Part shown: piece by piece, positions 47,109 through 56,836 of the stretch | Position numbering within the stretch: position 1 is the first letter of the stretch | Layout: every line of letters begins with the position of its first letter | From: Candidatus Dormiibacterota bacterium | Lineage (GTDB): Bacteria; Chloroflexota; Dormibacteria; Aeolococcales; Bog-877 | Assembly (NCBI GenBank): GCA_027339635.1 | Contig: DAHWNZ010000002.1 | Span: forward strand, 24,874-88,873 | Direction: 5' to 3' | Length of the DNA: 64,000 bases | Position numbers and translations under genes: made by a program | The notes under the pieces: model-generated | What the model was told of the DNA's origin: nothing | The model's database searches: none | What the model saw: only the letters and a program-made list of their open reading frames with translations

Positions 47109-47798
47109 TCAGACCGCCCCCCGAGTCGTGGGCGCGGCACCGCGCCTCTGGGGAGAGCCAGCGCCAGACTGGGCCGGATCCTCCGAACCCGGGCCTCCCT
47201 GGGCCTCTCCCCGCAATTGGGCCCGGTACTGCGTCCAGACCGCGTGCACCCGCTGCAGGGCGGTGAAATTGGTGGCCACCACCAGGATCCAGAGCACGAT
47301 CGTCATTTGGTTCACCAGCAACCCCAGGGCGGTGATGACGACCCTCTCCGGCCTAGCGAACCAGCCCACGTCGCATGTGAACCCCAGCGATTGCGCCCTG
47401 GCTCTGACGTAGCTGACCAAGAGCGAGCCCAGCAGCGCTCCCACGATCAGGAACACCTCCAGGTCCTTGTGCTCGCGCACCAGGAACAGATAGAGGAGGC
47501 CGAGATAGACGACGCCCTCCCCGTAGCGGTCCGCGGTGGAGTCGAGGAAGGCCCCGTAACGGTGGGTCTTGCCGGACGCCCGCGCGACCGCCCCGTCCAG
47601 GATGTCGAAGGAGCCCGCCGCCAGCAGGACCAGCCCCGCCGGGATCAGCAGGTCCAGAGCTATCAGCACCGCCGCGCCCATGGTTATCAAGAGGCCCACC
47701 AGGGTCAGCACATTGGGGCTGACGCGGACCAGTTGGGCCGCCTTCGCGAAGCGCTGGGCGCCCGCCCTAACGGATTTCTGCAGCAGTCTGCTGAACAA
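47109..47798 (-). CDS. Phosphatidylinositol(-phosphate) synthase-type CDP-alcohol phosphatidyltransferase
   Basis: SPNVLT, DILDGAVAR, GAFLDS..DR, VSYVRARA, RPER; same operon as ino1 and pimA. Confidence 0.9.
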   Translation of the reverse strand: MFSRLLQKSVRAGAQRFAKAAQLVRVSPNVLTLVGLLITMGAAVLIALDLLIPAGLVLLAAGSFDILDGAVARASGKTHRYGAFLDSTADRYGEGVVYLGLLYLFLVREHKDLEVFLIVGALLGSLLVSYVRARAQSLGFTCDVGWFARPERVVITALGLLVNQMTIVLWILVVATNFTALQRVHAVWTQYRAQLRGEAQGGPGSEDPAQSGAGSPQRRGAAPTTRGAV

Positions 47799-48936
47799 CC
47801 GAATTCACCTCATCTTGCGAGCGCTGCGCCAGGGCGCTCTGGTAAACACCGTAGACCCGGTCTGCCACCAGCGGCCATGAGTACCGCTCCGCGGTTGCTC
47901 TGCCCGCGCTAGCCATCGCCGTTCTGGTCTCCGGGTGGTCGAGTAGAAAGCTCAGGGCCGAGGCCATCCGGCCATCGTCCCCCGGGGGCACCAGAACTCC
48001 CTCGCGCCCGTCCGTAAGGACGTGGCGGAACCCGTCTATCGCGGTCGCCACGACGGGGCAGCCGGAGGCCATCGCCTCCAGCAGGATCACCCCAAATGAC
48101 TCCTTGCCGGTGTTGGGGGCGCAGTAGATGTCGGCGGCGGTGAAGTAGCCGGCCTTCTCCGCTTCCGGCACGAAGCCCTTGAAGTGGACGTCCGGGATCC
48201 CTTCCTCCTCCACCCGGCGCTGGTAACCGCGCCGCAGGGCGCCATCGCCGACTATCACCAGCTGGCAGTCCCCACGCACCCGTCGCAGCAGCTGGTAAGC
48301 GTCCAGCAACGTGGACAGCCCCTTGCGCTCCTCAAGCCGCCCCAAGAACAAGATGGTGCGCTGCCGCTCGCGGGCTATCCCCGCGGCGGGCGGAGCGTCG
48401 GGGCGGAAGACAGTCGGGTCTATGCCGTTGGGAATCACGGTGTAGTCGGCGGGAAAGTACCGGGCGACGAAGTCACGAGCCGGCTCGGAGACCGCGATGC
48501 AGCGGTCGAGGCGCCGAAACTGGCGGCGCAGGATGGGCCTGCCGTAGTAGTAGCCCAGGTTCTGGCGGGCGTAGGCGTGAAAGGTCCCCACCGCAGCCGC
48601 CGACCGATTCAGGCGCAGCACGCTGAGGGGCAGGGCGGGCATCAGAGGCTCGTGGATGTGGATGACGTCGAACGACTCCCGGGCCAGCAACTCCTTGATC
48701 CTGCGCGACAGGTGGAACGACAGCGAGATCCGTGCCACCGAGCCGTTGGCGGGGATTGGGATAGGCCTTCCCAGCGCGATCAGACCCTCAATGCCGGCAC
48801 CTGAGGATCCCGTCGAGGGTGCCAGCACGGTGACCGGCACCCCGCGGGAGCGGAGCTCGGCCGCCAGATGACGCACATGCTCCCCGACACCCCCAGAGCG
48901 GCCGTAGTCGTAGGGGGATACCATCGCCACCCTCAT
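47767..48936 (-). CDS. pimA: GT4 glycosyltransferase, PimA-like PI mannosyltransferase
   Basis: MRVAMVSPY....GGV..H, HIHEP..P, TFH, RKG, APNTG.ESFG.ILLEAMA. Confidence 0.82.
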   Translation of the reverse strand: MRVAMVSPYDYGRSGGVGEHVRHLAAELRSRGVPVTVLAPSTGSSGAGIEGLIALGRPIPIPANGSVARISLSFHLSRRIKELLARESFDVIHIHEPLMPALPLSVLRLNRSAAAVGTFHAYARQNLGYYYGRPILRRQFRRLDRCIAVSEPARDFVARYFPADYTVIPNGIDPTVFRPDAPPAAGIARERQRTILFLGRLEERKGLSTLLDAYQLLRRVRGDCQLVIVGDGALRRGYQRRVEEEGIPDVHFKGFVPEAEKAGYFTAADIYCAPNTGKESFGVILLEAMASGCPVVATAIDGFRHVLTDGREGVLVPPGDDGRMASALSFLLDHPETRTAMASAGRATAERYSWPLVADRVYGVYQSALAQRSQDEVNSVVQQTAAEIR

Positions 48937-50006
48937 GCCGATGCCTCGATGGGTGGTTGGAAGGGCGGTGGATCCTGGATATCCTCAGCCGTCATGGGCG
49001 CTCCGAAGATCGGATTCATGACGTGCCACTGATCTGGATTGCGCCTCAGCTCCGGCTCCAAAACTGCGAGCAGCTCATGTGCTGCCCGCCTCAGGGTGAG
49101 CTCTGGCTGCGGCCCCGGGGCGACCCGGATCGGCGGGTAGCCCCGGCAGAGGTAGTTGTCCTGGGGGTCCCGAACCAGGGACACGGGCAGGATCACGGCA
49201 CCGGTGCGGGCGGCTATCTCCACAGCTCCCAGGGGAATGGAAGCACGCCGGCCCATGAATGGCACGGCCGCACCGGTGCCCAGCAGGTCTCGATCGATCG
49301 CCATCACCACCACCCCGTTGTGGGACAGGACGCGGTAGATCTGCCGGACGGCGGCAGCGCCCGATCGATGGACTGCCATCTGGTCACCCCTGCGCACGGC
49401 GTCGACGTTGAGGGGGATGACCTGGCAGCCCACCCGGGAGCGGGTGCTGACCAGCCAGTTGAAACACCTGATCGGTCTGACCTGCTCCGCCAGGAGCGCC
49501 AGCCCGGAGCCCTTGGAGGCAAACTGCTCGCGGAGGGCGGCGATGGCCGCCTCCCAGGAGCCAAGGTGAAGGCTGACGATGATGACCCCCTTCCCCTCCT
49601 CCCATGCCTCGTCCAGGTAATGGGCGTCCTGCATCCGCAGCCAGGGCGTCCAGGATTCCAGCGGACGGTGGGCCATCTGCAGCACATCGATCCAGGCCTT
49701 GAGAAAATTGCGCACGTTGCGGCGGACCAGCCGCCTCATGCCTCGGCGACCCAGATCCGGGCGGATCACCATGAGGTTGGCTCTAAGGCCCCGCCAATGC
49801 GACGGCCAGCAGAGGGTGAGTGACGCCGCCAGCGGGCCCGTGATGGCGTAGGCCGCGCGCCGGTCCAGAGCCCGCAGGGCCGTTTCAGCAGCCCGAAGGC
49901 CCAGATACGGCAGCAACGGCTCCCGGGGGTCGGGGCGTACCAGCTCCTGAGCGTCGCTCGCAACGCAGGGCTTCTCCGCCCTCCACAGGCGCAGTCCGGA
50001 GATCAC
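48933..50006 (-). CDS. PatA/LpxL-like acyltransferase (copy 2)
   Basis: HLGSWE, DRD, P.G...IA.RTGA, PDQWH; GTGA and ATGA overlaps. Confidence 0.85.
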   Translation of the reverse strand: MISGLRLWRAEKPCVASDAQELVRPDPREPLLPYLGLRAAETALRALDRRAAYAITGPLAASLTLCWPSHWRGLRANLMVIRPDLGRRGMRRLVRRNVRNFLKAWIDVLQMAHRPLESWTPWLRMQDAHYLDEAWEEGKGVIIVSLHLGSWEAAIAALREQFASKGSGLALLAEQVRPIRCFNWLVSTRSRVGCQVIPLNVDAVRRGDQMAVHRSGAAAVRQIYRVLSHNGVVVMAIDRDLLGTGAAVPFMGRRASIPLGAVEIAARTGAVILPVSLVRDPQDNYLCRGYPPIRVAPGPQPELTLRRAAHELLAVLEPELRRNPDQWHVMNPIFGAPMTAEDIQDPPPFQPPIEASA

Positions 50007-50956
50007 CTTGCGGTCTCCGCGCCAGGTGGCGCCAGGGGCAAGCGGTGGAAGGCAAACCACTGGGAGGGGTCCAACCGGATCATGGCCTCAAAGGAGTCGG
50101 CGATGCCCTGGGTCAGGATGCCGACCCTCTCCTCGGTGGCTCCGCTGTTCGGTGGGGACAGCGGCGGCCACAGGGCGGCCTCGTGCCCGCCCCCACGAAG
50201 GCGCCTGACGTAGCCGGGAATCAGGGTCGCGTTGGTGCGGATCGCCAGGGTGGCGGGGCCGCCTGGAAAGAGGACAGACCGGCCGAGGAACTTCACCGCC
50301 ACCCCCTGACCGGACTTGTCGATGTCCGCGGCGAGGCAGAGAACATCTCCCTGGCGCAGGGCACGCAGTGCCTGCCTGGCGCTGGCTGGCCCGGTCGGGA
50401 TCACCCTGACACCCACCTTCTCTCGTGCCGCGCGCACCAGATCGTCGACCGCCGGTGGGCCGAACTGGTCCGCGACCGCATGGACCTGACGACCGCAACT
50501 GGCGGTCACGGCTGCTCCCAGGTCCCAGTTTCCGAAGTGCGGAGTCACCACGATCGCCGGCTGTCCCCCCGTCAGCTCCTTCTCCAGGGCCGCCGTCTCG
50601 GGCTTAGGGTCGCCGTCGATGACCGCCGCCAGCAACTTCTCCAGCACCAGGAAGTCCATCACGGTTCGGGCATAGTTGCGAAAGGCCCGACGGGTCAGCC
50701 GGGCCGCCTCCCGGCGATCTCCGCCCGTGAACACCAGATAGTTCTGGAGGGCGACCTCGGCCCGGCTGCGCAGGAGCAGGTGGGCCGAGGCCCCCCCGAT
50801 GTCGGCGAGGCCGTAGCGGGTGCGGTCGGGGAGGCGGCGGGTGATCACGGTCGCCGCCCGGAAGGCGAGGCCAAGATGCTCGCCACGGCGCCGCCATCTC
50901 CGGATGGAGGGACCCCGGCGGCGCTGCGGCACCGCCGGCCCGGGATCCATCGCCAT
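50003..50956 (-). CDS. PatA/LpxL-like acyltransferase (copy 1)
   Basis: HFGNWD, GPATLA..T.A, P.QWF; GGAGG-rich RBS. Confidence 0.87.
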   Translation of the reverse strand: MAMDPGPAVPQRRRGPSIRRWRRRGEHLGLAFRAATVITRRLPDRTRYGLADIGGASAHLLLRSRAEVALQNYLVFTGGDRREAARLTRRAFRNYARTVMDFLVLEKLLAAVIDGDPKPETAALEKELTGGQPAIVVTPHFGNWDLGAAVTASCGRQVHAVADQFGPPAVDDLVRAAREKVGVRVIPTGPASARQALRALRQGDVLCLAADIDKSGQGVAVKFLGRSVLFPGGPATLAIRTNATLIPGYVRRLRGGGHEAALWPPLSPPNSGATEERVGILTQGIADSFEAMIRLDPSQWFAFHRLPLAPPGAETAR

Positions 50957-51039
50957 GGCCCGCTCCCCTCCTCCGATCGCACTGACTTCCAAATCGTTCT
51001 CCGGCACCATGGCCGCGGTCAACGCGGCCAGCCTCTGGC

Positions 51040-52227
51040 CTAGGCTTGGGAACCGAGCCTGGCACCGTCGCCAGCCACCGCTTCTGGGGCCGGGACCGGC
51101 GCTCGATCGACCGACTGTGCGAAGGCCTCGGGGTCGCTGATGCAACTGGCTCCCACTTTGCCTTCGATGAAGAGCTCGGTCAACTCATGAGCGCGCTCGT
51201 CGGACACCTGAAAGGGAGGTGACTTCATGAAGTAAGAGGAGGGCCCTTCCAGAGCACCGGACAGCCCCCGGTCCAGCCCCAGCTTGCAGCACCGCACAGC
51301 GTCGATGACTATCCCCGCAGAGTTGGGAGAGTCGTGCACTTCTAGTTTCAGGTCCACGCTGAGGGGCACCTCCCCGAAGGCTCGCCCCTCCATGCGGATG
51401 TGGGCCCACTTCCGATCCTTCAGCCAGGGGACATAGTCACTGGGGCCGATGTGGACATCCTCGGCTCCCACCTCGTGCTGCATCTGGGAGAGCACCGAGT
51501 TGGTCTTGGAGATCTTCTTGCTCTCCAGGCGCTCCCGCTCCAGCATGTTTAGGAAGTCGGTGTTGCCGCCGAAGTTCAGCTGATAAGTGTGCTCGAGTTC
51601 GATGCCACGCTCCTGGAAGAGCCTGGTCAAGACCCGGTGGATGATGGTGGAACCCACCTGGGACTTGATGTCATCACCGATGATCGGCAGGCCGCGCTCC
51701 TCAAAGCGCTGCCGCCAGTACTGCTCGCGGCCGATGAACACCGGTATGCAGTTGACCATGGCACAACCAGCCTCGAGAATCTGCTCCGCGTACCACTTGG
51801 CCGCCATCTCGGAGCCCACGGGGAGGTAGTTCACCACCACGTCAGTCTTGGTGTCCTTCAGAATCTTGACGATGTCGGCCGTCGGTCCAGGAGCCTTCAC
51901 GATCACCTGGGAGAGGTACTTCCCAAGGCCGTCGTGGGTCATCCCCCGATGCACAGGCACACCCAGCTTGCCAACTTCAGCGAATTTGATGGTGTTGTTC
52001 TGTCCCCGCCAGATGGCTTCCCCGAGGTCGTAGCCCACCTTCTCCTCGTCGATGTCGAAGGCGGCCGAGAACTCGATGTCGCTGATGTGGTATCCCCCCA
52101 GGTTGACGTGCATCAACCCGGGCACATACTCGTTCTCGTCGGCGTCTTTGTAGAACTCGACCCCCTGCACCAATGACGAGGCGCAGTTGCCCACCCCGAT
52201 TATCGCTACGCGTACCTTGCTGCTCAT
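51040..52227 (-). CDS. ino1: myo-inositol-1-phosphate synthase
   Basis: [51 protein letters not shown]. Confidence 0.97.
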   Translation of the reverse strand: MSSKVRVAIIGVGNCASSLVQGVEFYKDADENEYVPGLMHVNLGGYHISDIEFSAAFDIDEEKVGYDLGEAIWRGQNNTIKFAEVGKLGVPVHRGMTHDGLGKYLSQVIVKAPGPTADIVKILKDTKTDVVVNYLPVGSEMAAKWYAEQILEAGCAMVNCIPVFIGREQYWRQRFEERGLPIIGDDIKSQVGSTIIHRVLTRLFQERGIELEHTYQLNFGGNTDFLNMLERERLESKKISKTNSVLSQMQHEVGAEDVHIGPSDYVPWLKDRKWAHIRMEGRAFGEVPLSVDLKLEVHDSPNSAGIVIDAVRCCKLGLDRGLSGALEGPSSYFMKSPPFQVSDERAHELTELFIEGKVGASCISDPEAFAQSVDRAPVPAPEAVAGDGARLGSQA

Positions 52228-52677
52228 CTAATTCACCTCCGGAAGCGGGCGCTCCCGGCCGGAGCTGGGAAGCGGCTGGTTGACTGCATCCACCTGGTCT
52301 CGGTCGAGACCGGCATCGGTTCTTGGTTCTGCACCCCCCTTCAACAGCTCGGAGAAACGGTGTAGGGAGGCGGATATGGAGTCCCGGTCCAGGCGGCAGA
52401 GCACCTCGCGGCCCTCCCGCTTGGTGACCACGATGTGGGCCCGGCGCAAGAGCCTCAGGTGCCAGGACATCCGCGGTTGACTGATCCCGAGCAGAAGCGC
52501 CACGTCTGACACCCGGGCCTCCTTGACCTGGGCCAGGCGAGCCACAATTCGCAGCCTGGTGGGATTTCCCAGGCCCTCGAAGTAAGAAGCGAGCTCCCAG
52601 TCCGCTGCCGAAGCGACGGGAAGCGGAAGCACGTGGCGCAGGGATCGTCCCTCTTCAAGCGGACTTGGCACAGTCAC
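52228..52677 (-). CDS. ArsR/SmtB-family regulator heading the ino1 operon
   Basis: GLGNPTRLRIV, ISQPRMSWHLRLLRRA.IV...REGR; stop abuts the ino1 ATG. Confidence 0.88.
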   Translation of the reverse strand: MTVPSPLEEGRSLRHVLPLPVASAADWELASYFEGLGNPTRLRIVARLAQVKEARVSDVALLLGISQPRMSWHLRLLRRAHIVVTKREGREVLCRLDRDSISASLHRFSELLKGGAEPRTDAGLDRDQVDAVNQPLPSSGRERPLPEVN

Positions 52678-52874
52678 TTAAACGATTCTTTCATAAACGC
52701 TCCGTTATGTATGCTAAGCGGCCCCAGGTTCACTGTCAAGCTCAAATGGACCTCCAGCGGCGCTTCCAGCTCCCACCATCAGGGGACCCGGAGCCCCCGA
52801 TGGGCAGCTGCGATGGGCTCTGAGCCGGGGGGAGAACTCGAGCCCAGAGGCCCCCGCAGGGGGTAACGGGCCGC

Positions 52875-52905
52875 TTGATCGTACATCGACGAAGTACGAT
52901 ATAGT
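52875..52905 (+). promoter_or_regulatory. ars promoter/operator
   Basis: TTGATC-N19-TATAGT overlapping ATCGTACATCG-A-CGAAGTACGAT (11-1-11 dyad, one mismatch). Confidence 0.65.
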
Positions 52906-52950
52906 TTGTAGCGACCGCCCCTTGGCGGTGAGCGTTCTGAGGAGTCTGTC

Positions 52951-53340
52951 TTGGAAATTAAGGTCTTTGATCCCGCGATGTGCTGTTCAACGGGTGTGTG
53001 CGGCCCCCGAGTGGACCCGGCACTGGCTCAGTTCGCCGCCGACCTGGAGTGGCTCCGCTCCGCCGGAGCCAAAGTGAGGCGGTTCAACCTGGGACAGGAG
53101 CCCGGCGAATTCGTGTCGTCCCCCGCCGTGGCCACCCTGCTCCAGCAATCAGGCGAAGCTGCGCTCCCAGTGGTCCTGGTTGGGGAGGAGGTGAAGTCCG
53201 TCGGGCGATATCCGTCTCGCGATGAGCTGACGGTCTGGTCGGAGATCGGCCCCCATGCGAAGGATGATGAGTTGGCACCGGTCACAGCCGCGCCCCCTTC
53301 GGGCAACTGCGGCCCCAGGGCCTCCTCGGGCTGCTGCTGA
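52951..53340 (+). CDS. arsD: Arsenite metallochaperone
   Basis: FDPAMCCSTGVCG, RFNL.Q.P..F, GRYPSR, terminal CC. Confidence 0.95.
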   Translation: MEIKVFDPAMCCSTGVCGPRVDPALAQFAADLEWLRSAGAKVRRFNLGQEPGEFVSSPAVATLLQQSGEAALPVVLVGEEVKSVGRYPSRDELTVWSEIGPHAKDDELAPVTAAPPSGNCGPRASSGCC

Positions 53341-53350
53341 GAGTTGGGGA

Positions 53351-55162
53351 GTGCTTGAATACATCCTCGCCGCACCAACGCGCTACCTGCTGTTCACCGG
53401 CAAGGGCGGCGTGGGTAAGACCTCCATCTCTAGCGCGGTGGCGGTGGCCCTGGCGGACCGGGGGGCGCGGGTGCTGCTGGTCAGCACCGACCCGGCTTCC
53501 AACCTCAGCGAGGTGCTCGGCACATCACTGGGCGGCGAGCCGAAGCAGGTCGCAGGAGTGGATAGGCTCTTCGGGCTCGACATCGATCCTCTGGCGGCGG
53601 CAGCCGCCTACCGGGAGCGAGTGGTCGGCCCTTACCGAGGGACGCTCCCGCCCCAGGTGATCGCGGGCATTGAAGAGCAGCTCTCGGGCTCATGCACAGT
53701 GGAGATTGCCGCCTTTGATCAGTTCACCGAGCTCCTCGCGGATCCCCGGGGTTTTGACCACGTGGTGTTCGACACCGCGCCGACCGGTCACACCCTGCGG
53801 ATGCTCTCCCTACCAGGGGCGTGGACAAGCTACCTGGACGGCAATCAGGTCGGCGTCACTTGCGTCGGGCCCCTGGCGGGGCTGACCCAGCAGCGCGCTC
53901 GCTACCGGGCCGCGCTCTCCGCTCTGCGCGACTCTGGCACGGCCACGCTGGCGCTGGTGACACGGCCCGACGCCGGAGCCCTGTCGGAGGCCTCCCGAGC
54001 CAGTGAAGAGCTGGCGGCAGAGGGCCTGACCAACCAGCTCCTGGTGCTGAATGGGGTCTTTCCCATCTCCGCTAGCGAGCCAGCGGGAGACCCCGTGGCG
54101 GTGGCCTACACCTCCCGCCAGAGGTCAGCTCTGGCAACGATGCCCCAGAGCCTCGGCCAGCTTCCCCGGGAGGAGGTTTGCCTGCAGCAGAACCCCCCGC
54201 TGGGGCCGGCAGGCCTTCGAAGCTTGCTCGCACCGGGCGACACTCCCACGGCGCCGAGACCAGGGGGGCAAACAGACGAGCGTTCCTTAGGGGCTGGCTT
54301 TGAGCCCCTGGTTGAGAGCCTTGTCGCAAGCAGGCGCGGGCTGGTGATGACGATGGGCAAGGGGGGCGTGGGCAAGACGACGGTGGCCGCAAGTCTGGCC
54401 CTGGCCGTCGCTCGTCGCGGGGTGCCCGTGGTGCTGTCCACCACCGATCCCGCCGCGCATCTGGAGCAAACCCTGGGCGACTCCGACGAGCTGCCGCCCG
54501 CGCTCGTCGTGGAGCGAATCGACCCGGAAGCGGCGACCGCCGCCTACACAGCGGAGGTGCTGACATCTGCGGGCGCCCGGCTTGAGGGGTCCGCTCGAGA
54601 TGTGCTCCTGGAGGACCTGCGGTCTCCCTGCACCCAGGAGATTGCGGTCTTTCGCGAGTTCGCCAAGACCGTGGCCCGTGCCGAAGACAGGGTCGTGGTG
54701 CTGGACACCGCTCCCAGCGGTCACACCCTGCTCCTGCTCGACGCGGCCCGCACCTTTCGCCAGGAGGTGAGCCGTCGGGCGGACGAACTACCGGTGGAGG
54801 TCGAGCGGCTTCTAGACCGCTTGAGCGACCGAGACTACACAAGGGTACTGGTGGTCACTCTGGCGGAGCCGACACCGGTCCACGAGGCCCAGGCCCTGCA
54901 GGAGGACCTGCTCCGGGCGGGTATCGCACCGATGGCCTGGGTGATCAACCAAAGTTTGCTGGCGTCAGCCACCAGAGATCCGCTCTTGGCGCAGATCGCC
55001 AGCCATGAGAGCAGGTGGTTCGACGTGGTCAGGGACCTCTGTCAGACCGTGTTCGTGGTGCCCTGGCAGGTTACTCCGCCGGTCGGGGTGGCGGGTCTTC
55101 TGACGCTGGCCGGCCAGAGACTGTCGGGAGCCACCAGGTTGGCCGAGCCGGTGCCTAGGTGA
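53351..55162 (+). CDS. arsA: Arsenical pump-driving ATPase
   Basis: Two GKGGVGKT and two DTAP(T/S)GHT motifs; Cys in SGSCT, TCVGP and SPCT. Confidence 0.96.
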   Translation: MLEYILAAPTRYLLFTGKGGVGKTSISSAVAVALADRGARVLLVSTDPASNLSEVLGTSLGGEPKQVAGVDRLFGLDIDPLAAAAAYRERVVGPYRGTLPPQVIAGIEEQLSGSCTVEIAAFDQFTELLADPRGFDHVVFDTAPTGHTLRMLSLPGAWTSYLDGNQVGVTCVGPLAGLTQQRARYRAALSALRDSGTATLALVTRPDAGALSEASRASEELAAEGLTNQLLVLNGVFPISASEPAGDPVAVAYTSRQRSALATMPQSLGQLPREEVCLQQNPPLGPAGLRSLLAPGDTPTAPRPGGQTDERSLGAGFEPLVESLVASRRGLVMTMGKGGVGKTTVAASLALAVARRGVPVVLSTTDPAAHLEQTLGDSDELPPALVVERIDPEAATAAYTAEVLTSAGARLEGSARDVLLEDLRSPCTQEIAVFREFAKTVARAEDRVVVLDTAPSGHTLLLLDAARTFRQEVSRRADELPVEVERLLDRLSDRDYTRVLVVTLAEPTPVHEAQALQEDLLRAGIAPMAWVINQSLLASATRDPLLAQIASHESRWFDVVRDLCQTVFVVPWQVTPPVGVAGLLTLAGQRLSGATRLAEPVPR

Positions 55163-55301
55163 TTAGGCCAGCCCCACCATACCCGGCGGGCACAGACGGC
55201 CCAGGTGCCTGGACTGGTCCTGGGAGACAGATGGCGCCGGGGTCGCTGCCGTCAAAGACAACGCCAGATGGCGGCCCCAGGCAGCCACCGTATTCACAGG
55301 C

Positions 55302-56623
55302 TTGCTGAGCGGCGTTCCCCTCACGGCGGCGGCAACCGCCATCTTCCTCTGCACTCTGACCCTGGTAATCGTGCAGCCGCGCGGGATTTCCATAGGCTGG
55401 TGGGCTGGTGGAGGTGCCCTGCTGACCCTGGGGATCGGAGTCGACCAGCTGGCCAATGTGGCGGCGGTCTGGGGGATTGTTTGGAACGCCACGGCCACGT
55501 TCGTGGCCGTCATCGTGATCTCCTTGGTGCTGGATGGCGCCGGCTTTTTCGAGTGGGCGGCGCTCCGGGTGCTCCGCGCCGCCCACGGCCACACCCTGCG
55601 AGCCTTCTTCTTCGCGATTCTGCTGGGGGCGCTGGTGGCGGCAATGTTCGCCAACGACGGCGCGGCCCTCATCATCACGCCCATCGTCTACCAGCAAATG
55701 CGGGTGCTCGGCTTCACCCGCCAGCAGTCACTGCCTTTCGTCATGGCCGCCGGGTTCATCGCGGACACCGCCAGCCTGCCGCTTGTCGTGTCCAATCTGG
55801 TGAATATCGTGAGCGCGAACTATTTTCACATTGGCTTCGTCACCTACGCCGCGACGATGCTTCCGGTCGATCTGGTCAGTTGCGGTGCCAGCATGCTGGT
55901 GCTCTACTTGTATTACCGGCGAGCCCTGCCGCCACGGTACGAAGTGGCGGCACTGCCTCCCCCTTCCGCCGCGATCCGCGATTGCCGCCTGTTCAAAGCC
56001 GGTTGGGTCTTCCTTCTGCTGCTGCTAGCGGGTTATCTTGTTTCGGAACCGCTGCACCTGCCAGTCTCCCTCTTCGCAGCTACGGGGGCTGCGGGCCTGA
56101 TTTTGCTCGCGCGGGGCTCGGCCACGCTCTCCGCCGCGGGGATTCTGCGCCGCGCCCCTTGGACCATAGTGGTGTTCTCCCTGGGCATGTATCTGGTGGT
56201 TTATGGTTTGCGAAATGCTGGCCTCACCAACTATCTGAGCCAGGGCTTGAGTCACGTGCAAGCGGCGGGGATCGTTCCCTCAGCGTGGTCGTTGGGCTGG
56301 GAGCTGAGCTCCTGTCGGCCGTCATGAACAACATGCCCACGGTACTGGTGGGCGCCCTGGCCGTCTCCGGAGCAGGCTTGCACGGCCTGCCCCGCGCCGC
56401 GACGGTCTACGCCAACGTGATCGGCTGCGACCTGGGGCCGAAGTTCACTCCCATCGGGTCCCTGGCGACGCTGCTGTGGCTGCATGTGCTGGAGAGCAAG
56501 GGGATGAAGATAGGCTGGGCCAGCTACCTCCGTACAGGATTCGTACTCACAGTCCCGGTCCTGACGCTGACGCTGCTGGCCCTGGCGGGCTGGATGTTGT
56601 TGATTCGTCCCGGCACCGGCTGA
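55302..56623 (+). pseudogene. arsB: Arsenite efflux permease split by a -1 frameshift (pseudogene or read error)
   Basis: WNAT, FANDGAALI.TPIV, DTASLP.VVSNLVN in one frame; MNNMPTVL, IGCDLGPK.TPIGSLATLLW in another; junction about 56285. Confidence 0.85.
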
Positions 56624-56836
56624 GCGGAACAACACCGAGATCACCCGCTCCCTGGTGGGCCTGGCACGGCTCGGTGTGAACCCACCGACGGCCCCCTGCA
56701 TGACAAGATGGGCCCCTTCATCAGCGGCCCTGGGGCGATGGCGACTGCCGGAGTACGGCTCGCGCCTTGGCGTTGTGATCTCCCTACCCATTTCGGTGGC
56801 CCCAACCGAGCCGCGTGTCACGATCTGGTGTTGCGT

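Noticed and set aside
56270-56300. Programmed ribosomal frameshift in arsB
   Set aside because: No X XXY YYZ slippery site; a same-polarity break elsewhere points to indel error or simple mutation.
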